A DNA stretch of 64,000 bases, taken from positions 880,099-944,098 of the forward strand of contig OX437086.1 of assembly GCA_949299565.1 (NCBI GenBank), in the 5' to 3' direction. The stretch is from an uncultured Bacillota bacterium. Lineage in GTDB: Bacteria > Bacillota_I > Bacilli_A > RFN20 > CAG-826. This document shows, one piece after another, positions 57,973 through 64,000 of the stretch. The translations under genes were made by a program, and so were the position numbers. The stretch's first letter is position 1. Each line of letters opens with the position of its first letter. Below the pieces are notes generated by a model, which saw only the letters and a list, made by a program, of their open reading frames with translations, did no database searches and was not told the DNA's origin.

Positions 57973-59133
57973 CTAATTGCCTAAAGCCGCTTCATCAAGA
58001 GCGATTTGCTCCATAATGCCGGGAATCACTGTCGTCCCGATATTGTCGATTGTGAAACGAGCCACATAATCAGGCTGAAATTCATCAGTCATGTAAATAC
58101 CGGGGAAAATGAATTCACCGTAAAAATGTTCATCATCAAATTGCATTTTGCCGGTGACAGCCAAATGATATCCAGAATTAAAGAGGCTGCTCCCATAGCC
58201 CGGATCAGCAGCGATAAAAATCGCAATCGGCAACGAATAATCGGGGGCGTAGACATCTGGACCAAAATTCGTAATCTCATTTTCGTCTGCCCCGGCGTTA
58301 TATTCCAGATAAGCGCCATCCTCGCTCAAGGTTAGATGAGAATCTTCGACTTTAAATTCATCGCGAACGAAATAACTTAAATCACTGGTGTAAATTTCTT
58401 TATAATCGCTGATGCCGAGGAACCCTGAATAATAATCCATCGCTCCTTTAACCACTTCACCGTTGCTATTGACGTCATAATCATAGACATAGCCGTCTGG
58501 GGAATTATAGCTTCCGCCTTCATAGAGATTTCCATTCGAATCTTCTCCATAGCGGTAGTAATAAGCTTCGTCGGTAAATTTAGCGATATTTCCGTTGACT
58601 GCAAAATCATCATAAAGCGATAAGGAATATTCATCGCTATTCGTGACTTGTGCAATCTCGTTGCGCGTCAAAGCCTCTCCATCCTCACTTAAAAAATCAC
58701 CGGTCCAAGTAATCGTATAGTTATAATCGCTGCCCAACGAATAAAGCATTGAAGTGAGATCGCGTGCCTCTAAAACGTTGACGCTGAATAACTTGTTGAC
58801 TTGATATTGAGGATTACGGACGCTTGTCGCCGTCACAAAGAAGGATCCGCTTTTTTCCTTTGCAGACAAAACACCGTTTTCATCGATTGTCGCTAAAGTT
58901 TCATCGCTGACGCTCCAACTGACTTCTTCATCATTCTCTAATGACAAAGTTAAACTTTGTCGCGCATGCAATGTTGTCGTCGATGCCAAAATTTCACCAA
59001 GTTCGACATAGGCAGTCGTTGGCAGAGAAGAAACATCACTACTCGTCGATGAACTAGAAAGCGGCTCTCCGCAGCTAACTAATAGCAACGTTGAAAGAAA
59101 TAACGAAGAAAAAACATAGAAAGATTTTTTCAT
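57973..59133 (-). CDS. Surface lipoprotein with N-terminal Big_2-like domain
   Basis: Lipobox LLLVSCGE, Ser-rich linker, Ig-like segment, acidic Tyr/Asp-rich C-terminal region. Confidence 0.8.
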   Translation of the reverse strand: MKKSFYVFSSLFLSTLLLVSCGEPLSSSSTSSDVSSLPTTAYVELGEILASTTTLHARQSLTLSLENDEEVSWSVSDETLATIDENGVLSAKEKSGSFFVTATSVRNPQYQVNKLFSVNVLEARDLTSMLYSLGSDYNYTITWTGDFLSEDGEALTRNEIAQVTNSDEYSLSLYDDFAVNGNIAKFTDEAYYYRYGEDSNGNLYEGGSYNSPDGYVYDYDVNSNGEVVKGAMDYYSGFLGISDYKEIYTSDLSYFVRDEFKVEDSHLTLSEDGAYLEYNAGADENEITNFGPDVYAPDYSLPIAIFIAADPGYGSSLFNSGYHLAVTGKMQFDDEHFYGEFIFPGIYMTDEFQPDYVARFTIDNIGTTVIPGIMEQIALDEAALGN

Positions 59134-59138
59134 TTTGC

Positions 59139-62015
59139 TCAGGCTCCTTTCGTTAAATTGATTGTTGAATCGTCGAAGGTCGTGCTTAAGGATGAGAAAG
59201 CTTCATTTTCATCCATGTTGATTGTCATTGTTTCAGAAAGCATCGAAAGATCGGAAGCGTTAGAAGAAGTAACGTCAGTCAAAATAATGCTAAGACCATT
59301 GATTGTCGCTTTCGCCTCGTATAGATAGGTCGTTTCAGTCACTTCACCTGTATGCCAATCTTCTTCCGAGAATTTGATTTCAACGCTTAAATCCATAACC
59401 CCTTCATTTAGAGCTCCAAAGCTAAATTTATAACTATAATCGCCCCAAAAATCGCTCGTTTCATAGTTGAAGGTATTTCCAGCGATTTCATTGCTGAAAT
59501 CAGGAACAGGTTTAATTTCAATCTCTTTCTCCACTGATTTTGTCGGATCGGCAACCGAAGTCGCGACAATCGTCACAGTCCCCGCTTCATTGCCGCTTAC
59601 CAGATAAAAATCAGTTGAGATGCCCCAGCGATCCGGCCGTTCTTCAATTCGGGCTCCGTGAGTTTCACTGCCTTCTTTGAAAACATAGGTTATTTCATCG
59701 GTGGCGATACCGGTGCTCGGTTCTACCGTCGCTTCAATTATCGTCTCTTGACCAATGTAAATCGAATCGGGAGTTCTAGAGGTAAAACTGATGCTCTCAA
59801 TCGCTTTATTCGAAACATTGATGGCAATTGTCACCGGTTCTGCTTTTGCCGTTTCGATTGTCAAGTTGACTTCACCAGCCATTTCAGCATCGAAATAATA
59901 GCCCGTTCCGCCATAAGTCGCTTTTTCCGGAAGCGAAATAATCCCTTCCTTGTCGAGACTGAAACTTGGAATATCAATGTCGATAAGCGCGCTGTCAGGC
60001 AAATAATTGGTGAGATCTAAATAATAACGGTCGCCGTTAAGCAATTGATAAACATCGTTTTCGGGCGCAATCAATTCTTGAGAAGCATCGCGAATCTCAA
60101 CATCAAAGGAAGAGAAGAAATAATCATCTAAATTGAAGAAATTGTCATGATCTTCTCCGCGTTCGCCGCTCAAAAGTTGAGCGCTCACTCGTTCTATAGA
60201 ATATGGAGTTGAACTGCTCGGCTCTTCATCGATGGAAGAAACTTCATATTGAGTATGCGAATAGGAAGCGGAACGGAGTTGTCCCTCGACATCGAAAACA
60301 ACATTTAGCCGATATTCGTGGAGATAAATGTCATGAAGGAAATCTTCCTCGTAATAACGAGAATATAAATCGTAGGCGTTATCGCCAACGACAATCGTCG
60401 CGTGGCTCAACAATTCTTCATCTTCAAAGGTCGCGTTATAACCATCGAATAACGTTGTGTATAGATAATCAGCAACACCATTATAAGTTTCATCCAATTC
60501 AAGCGCTCCGAAGGTATTAATCTCCTTCAAATACTCTTCACGATTACCATCAGTCACGTCGCTGACTGGATTGATAATGCTGCTGGCGCCGAAAGAGTCT
60601 TTCTTCAACGTGTAATATTTATTGTCGACAATGCCGCGATAATAGTATTCAGTCGTATTGGTCGGCGTCGTCACTTCAGTCACTGAGTGCTCATCAGCGT
60701 ATGCTTCAAAATGATACGTCGTTTCAGCGATTGCCACGTCAGATGTAGCTTTCGTTTCGCTCACGAATTCGACCTCATTGACATTTTCGCCTTCAACTTC
60801 TCGAGCCAATGCCAAGCTGCTTTTAATTCCGGCCACGTTGTAGTCGGTTTGCGTGACTGGCAAAAGGCTGATTGAAGCACGAATGCTGGAATTATCGCGG
60901 AGGGTCGCGGTCACAGAACAACTGCTGCTTGAAGGCTCTAAAACCGTCAAGAGACCATCCTCTGTGATCTCTAAATAACTTGAATCGAAGCTCCCAACAC
61001 TCCAAACGATATCCGCATAACTGCCTTCCGGACTTAAAGTAGCCTCCATCTGATAGGAATTTCCGACGACGACTAAATAACGATCGTAAATCGTGTAATC
61101 CTCATCTAAAGTCGCGCCTTCTGGAACGTTGATTGTTAAGCCAGTGGCAAAAACGACGATTTCAACATTAAGAGAATTGAGACCCTCGACGACTTGGAAA
61201 GTATAAACACCTTCTTCAGTTGACGTTAAGGCGCTTCCGTTAAGCGTGACCTCACGAACAATGTAACCGCTATTGGCAGTAACGTTAACAGTCACCGTCT
61301 CCCCAACCGGATAATAGTCGTCAACTTTGTCGACAGAAACGTTTCCATTTTCATAATTGCCACTCAAACGCACTAAACCATATCCCGGCCTTGCAGGAGC
61401 GAAACTCGAAGAGAGGAAATTTTTGCCTTCAACTACTTCAAAACTATAAAGATTGTCAGTGGGTGTTAGAACTTCGTCATTCAGTTTTATTTCATCGACA
61501 ATGTATGTTTCATTGATTGGACTAACTTCTAAAACAACTCGAGTGCCAACTTCGAGGCGACTATTGCTCGCGTCTAAAACCGTGCCGTCCTCCAATTTCG
61601 GCGTAATCGTGCCGAATTCATCGCTTTCAATCACCCTAACCGTTCCGTAACGAATTTCTGGTTCTAAGGCACGATAAGTAACATTGACAAGATTTTGTCC
61701 TTCTTTGACTGAGAAAGTATTGCTAGCCAACAACTCGCCATTTAAGAAATAAGATTCAACCGCGTATCCGTTCTCAGGCACAACTAAAATTTCTACTTCT
61801 GTTCCCAACGGCAAATCACCAGTTTTAGAAAGCGTTACCTCGCCATGAGCAAAAGCGGTTTCAGCGATGGAAACGCTATATAGTTCTTCGTGCGAAATAG
61901 AACTGCTTTGATCGCCACTTGAAGTATTGCTCGCAAGAGGTTCGCTGCAACCGACAAGCGCAAACGACGAAAGAGCAAGAAATGAAACAAGAAGTTTCTT
62001 CAAATTCTTTTTCAT
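59139..62015 (-). CDS. Large surface lipoprotein with InlB-B-repeat-like modules
   Basis: Start at MKKNLKK (ATG at 62013-62015, RBS AAGGTGGAG; the track ORF begins at an upstream GTG); lipobox FALVGCSE; repeats like those in the 6835 protein. Confidence 0.8.
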   Translation of the reverse strand: MKKNLKKLLVSFLALSSFALVGCSEPLASNTSSGDQSSSISHEELYSVSIAETAFAHGEVTLSKTGDLPLGTEVEILVVPENGYAVESYFLNGELLASNTFSVKEGQNLVNVTYRALEPEIRYGTVRVIESDEFGTITPKLEDGTVLDASNSRLEVGTRVVLEVSPINETYIVDEIKLNDEVLTPTDNLYSFEVVEGKNFLSSSFAPARPGYGLVRLSGNYENGNVSVDKVDDYYPVGETVTVNVTANSGYIVREVTLNGSALTSTEEGVYTFQVVEGLNSLNVEIVVFATGLTINVPEGATLDEDYTIYDRYLVVVGNSYQMEATLSPEGSYADIVWSVGSFDSSYLEITEDGLLTVLEPSSSSCSVTATLRDNSSIRASISLLPVTQTDYNVAGIKSSLALAREVEGENVNEVEFVSETKATSDVAIAETTYHFEAYADEHSVTEVTTPTNTTEYYYRGIVDNKYYTLKKDSFGASSIINPVSDVTDGNREEYLKEINTFGALELDETYNGVADYLYTTLFDGYNATFEDEELLSHATIVVGDNAYDLYSRYYEEDFLHDIYLHEYRLNVVFDVEGQLRSASYSHTQYEVSSIDEEPSSSTPYSIERVSAQLLSGERGEDHDNFFNLDDYFFSSFDVEIRDASQELIAPENDVYQLLNGDRYYLDLTNYLPDSALIDIDIPSFSLDKEGIISLPEKATYGGTGYYFDAEMAGEVNLTIETAKAEPVTIAINVSNKAIESISFTSRTPDSIYIGQETIIEATVEPSTGIATDEITYVFKEGSETHGARIEERPDRWGISTDFYLVSGNEAGTVTIVATSVADPTKSVEKEIEIKPVPDFSNEIAGNTFNYETSDFWGDYSYKFSFGALNEGVMDLSVEIKFSEEDWHTGEVTETTYLYEAKATINGLSIILTDVTSSNASDLSMLSETMTINMDENEAFSSLSTTFDDSTINLTKGA

Positions 62016-62409
62016 AATGAACTCCACCTTGAATTAAAAGCCATAAATGCCACCCGTATATGATGCTATTACTATTAAAAGATTACAAACAAAATCACGG
62101 CAATAAAGCGCTGATAACAAAGAAAAAAGGCAAGATTGTGCTAATCTTGCCCTAAATCTTTAAAGGTGATCGTTCAGTTATCGCTCACTCCTTCAAAATT
62201 CATTTTAGAACTCAGGACTTCTAAGGAACTTTCAGCATTTGAAGAAAATATTCCCTTACTAGCCATAAGCAACCTCATTAAATTATTTGAAGTAAATCGA
62301 CTGACGGAACGTTGAAATGATGAAAAACCATCTAAGCAATCGCTTCTCCATCATTAACGATTGAAACAATATCGATTGTTCCTAGAAGCTTGTATTTTAA
62401 ACCCTAATT

Positions 62410-63270
62410 TTATTGTTTCTTTCTTCTTTCGATGATGAGTTGACCAAACCACTCGACGATGTTCGGATCGCGGTGATCGAAAAACATTGATGTTTTCGTA
62501 TCAAGCGAAGCGATTGTCTCCATGTCTTGCTCCGTCAAAGAGAAGTCATAGATCCGATTGTTTTCTTGAATTCTCTCTTCGTGAACAGACTTAGCAAGCG
62601 AAACAATTTCTCTTTGATAAAGCCAACGCAAAATAATTTGCGCGACACTTCGATGATGCTCTTCTGCAATCTTCATGAGTGTCTCATTATGGAACATGTT
62701 ATTGCGTCCTTCGGCAAAAGGCGCCCAAGCTTCCAAAATAACACCATATTTATCAGCCCACTTTTTCGCTTCGATTTGTTGATTGAAAACGTTGATCTCA
62801 ATTTGATTGACCATCGGCTTAATTTCAGCAAATTGGCAGATATCCACTAGACGATCAGGATAGAAATTTGAAACGCCGATCGCCCGAACTTTCTTCTCTT
62901 TATAAAGTCTTTCCAAATCGCGATAAGCCCCATAATAATCGGCAACTGGCTGATGCAAAAGAATTAAATCAAGATAGGAAGTACGTAATTTCCTTAAAGA
63001 TTCAAGTACTGACTCGTATGTTTTGCCCTCTCCATAATGGTCAATCCAAACCTTTGTAGTTAAGAAAATCTCTTCACGTTTAATGTGAGATTCTTCAAGT
63101 GCCTCTCCGACCTCCTCTTCGTTAAAATAGGATTGAGCTGTGTCAATATGACGATATCCCGCCTTAAGGGCCGTCAAGACACTGGCCTTGCAGTCTTCGC
63201 GTTTAACTTGATAAACGCCAAAACCGTTAGCCGGAACTTCCACTCCGTTATAAAGTTTTAAAGTTTCCAT
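62410..63270 (-). CDS. Aldo/keto reductase
   Basis: 286 aa; N-terminal LKLYNGVEVPANGFGVYQV and LKAGYRHIDTAQSY are typical AKR motifs. Confidence 0.9.
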   Translation of the reverse strand: METLKLYNGVEVPANGFGVYQVKREDCKASVLTALKAGYRHIDTAQSYFNEEEVGEALEESHIKREEIFLTTKVWIDHYGEGKTYESVLESLRKLRTSYLDLILLHQPVADYYGAYRDLERLYKEKKVRAIGVSNFYPDRLVDICQFAEIKPMVNQIEINVFNQQIEAKKWADKYGVILEAWAPFAEGRNNMFHNETLMKIAEEHHRSVAQIILRWLYQREIVSLAKSVHEERIQENNRIYDFSLTEQDMETIASLDTKTSMFFDHRDPNIVEWFGQLIIERRKKQ

Positions 63271-63293
63271 ATTTTCTCCTTTTCTTTATCTAT

Positions 63294-64000
63294 TTACATG
63301 GCGCCCGAGGCTCCATCAATAGCGTAAATTGAACCGCTCACATAACTTGCGGCATCGCTTGCCAAAAAGAGTGCGACATTCGCGACTTCTTCAGCTTTCC
63401 CCATCCTTCCAAGAGGAATCTCGTCAACAATCTTTTGCTTATGTTTTAACGCGTCTTCGGCGCTTAAATCCGTGGCATTCCAAATGTTTGTTTCAATCGC
63501 ACCTGGAGCAATCGCATTGACGCGAATACCGCTAGACGCCAAATCGAGAGCCCATCCTTTTGTGAAGTTTTCAATCGCCGCCTTAGCTGCAACATACATC
63601 GAAAGATTTTTAGCCGGGTGAGTAGCCCCAACGCTTGAAAGATTGATGATGTTTCCGCGTGTTTTAAGAAGCAACGGCAGGCTTTTAATTGTCAACGCGA
63701 CCACTGAACGCACATCCAAAGAGAAGGCTTTGTCGTAATCTTCAATGCTGGCTTCAAGAATTGATTGAACCGGACACCAACCGGCATTGTTCACCAAAAT
63801 ATCGAGCCGACCATTAAAATTGTCATGCAAAAATTGAACAATGCGATCTGGGGCATCTTCATCCAACAAATCTATTTGAAAAGGCGTGATTTTCTCATGC
63901 AAGGCCGCAACTTCCTCAAGCCGTTTTTGATTGCGACCCACGATTACTACGCTAGCCCCGCTCTTAGCAAAAGACAAAGCAATCGCGCGTCCAATTCCGG
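63294..64000 (-). CDS. SDR-family oxidoreductase, partial (N-terminus beyond window end)
   Basis: Frame open to position 64000 (upstream residues ...GIGRAIALSFAKSG); SDR core NNAG and catalytic region SSVGATHPAKNLSMYVAAKAA. Confidence 0.85.
   Translation of the reverse strand, partial: GIGRAIALSFAKSGASVVIVGRNQKRLEEVAALHEKITPFQIDLLDEDAPDRIVQFLHDNFNGRLDILVNNAGWCPVQSILEASIEDYDKAFSLDVRSVVALTIKSLPLLLKTRGNIINLSSVGATHPAKNLSMYVAAKAAIENFTKGWALDLASSGIRVNAIAPGAIETNIWNATDLSAEDALKHKQKIVDEIPLGRMGKAEEVANVALFLASDAASYVSGSIYAIDGASGAM

Noticed and set aside
1-64000. Possibility of a Mollicutes-type genetic code (TGA = Trp), given the AT-rich sequence and many lipoproteins
   Set aside because: TGA terminates several well-supported ORFs (lipoprotein genes at 10657 and 12161, cysK) and Trp positions are TGG; the tRNA-Trp anticodon is CCA. 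The standard bacterial code fits.
1-64000. CRISPR arrays, rRNA genes, integrase or transposase genes
   Set aside because: No regularly spaced direct repeats with unique spacers, no rRNA-like sequence, and no ORF with tyrosine/serine recombinase or DDE transposase motifs were seen; no mobile element is called.

Overview
The window looks like chromosomal DNA from a low-GC bacterium using the standard genetic code (TGA, TAA and TAG all terminate ORFs; Trp is TGG and the tRNA-Trp has a CCA anticodon). All calls below are from reading the sequence and the six-frame track by eye; no searches were run. Contents in order: a partial copA with csoR, a ClC channel gene, and a flavoprotein gene interrupted by an amber codon (1-5.3 kb); a surface lipoprotein block (6.8-19.7 kb) with InlB-B-like repeats, an LRR protein, a GLUG-motif protein and a lipoprotein ending in a barnase-like domain; an antiporter and LysR regulator; and an unusual membrane protein with prephenate-dehydratase-like domains. 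From about 25.0 to 34.4 kb lies an AT-rich island abutting tRNA-Trp that holds defence-like modules and is the best candidate for an undescribed system: a MazG-like gene translationally coupled to a PD-(D/E)xK nuclease plus DUF2075-like helicase fusion, an AbiL-like ATPase/RloB pair with palindromic operators over its promoter, an HNH protein with an unassigned C-terminal domain, and decayed gene fragments. Downstream are housekeeping genes (Sir2 deacylase, MerR, cysE-cysK-pepF, MATE), a second AT-rich accessory block with a frameshifted GrpB gene, tRNA-Glu and tRNA-Asn, an eight-gene Tad/Flp-like pilus operon, gmk, a large repeat-containing membrane protein, pyrG, a GT4 glycosyltransferase and a second lipoprotein pair. 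Two C8/G8 homopolymer tracts (one inside a lipoprotein ORF, one in a promoter spacer) may be phase-variation switches. No CRISPR array, rRNA, integrase or transposase was recognised.
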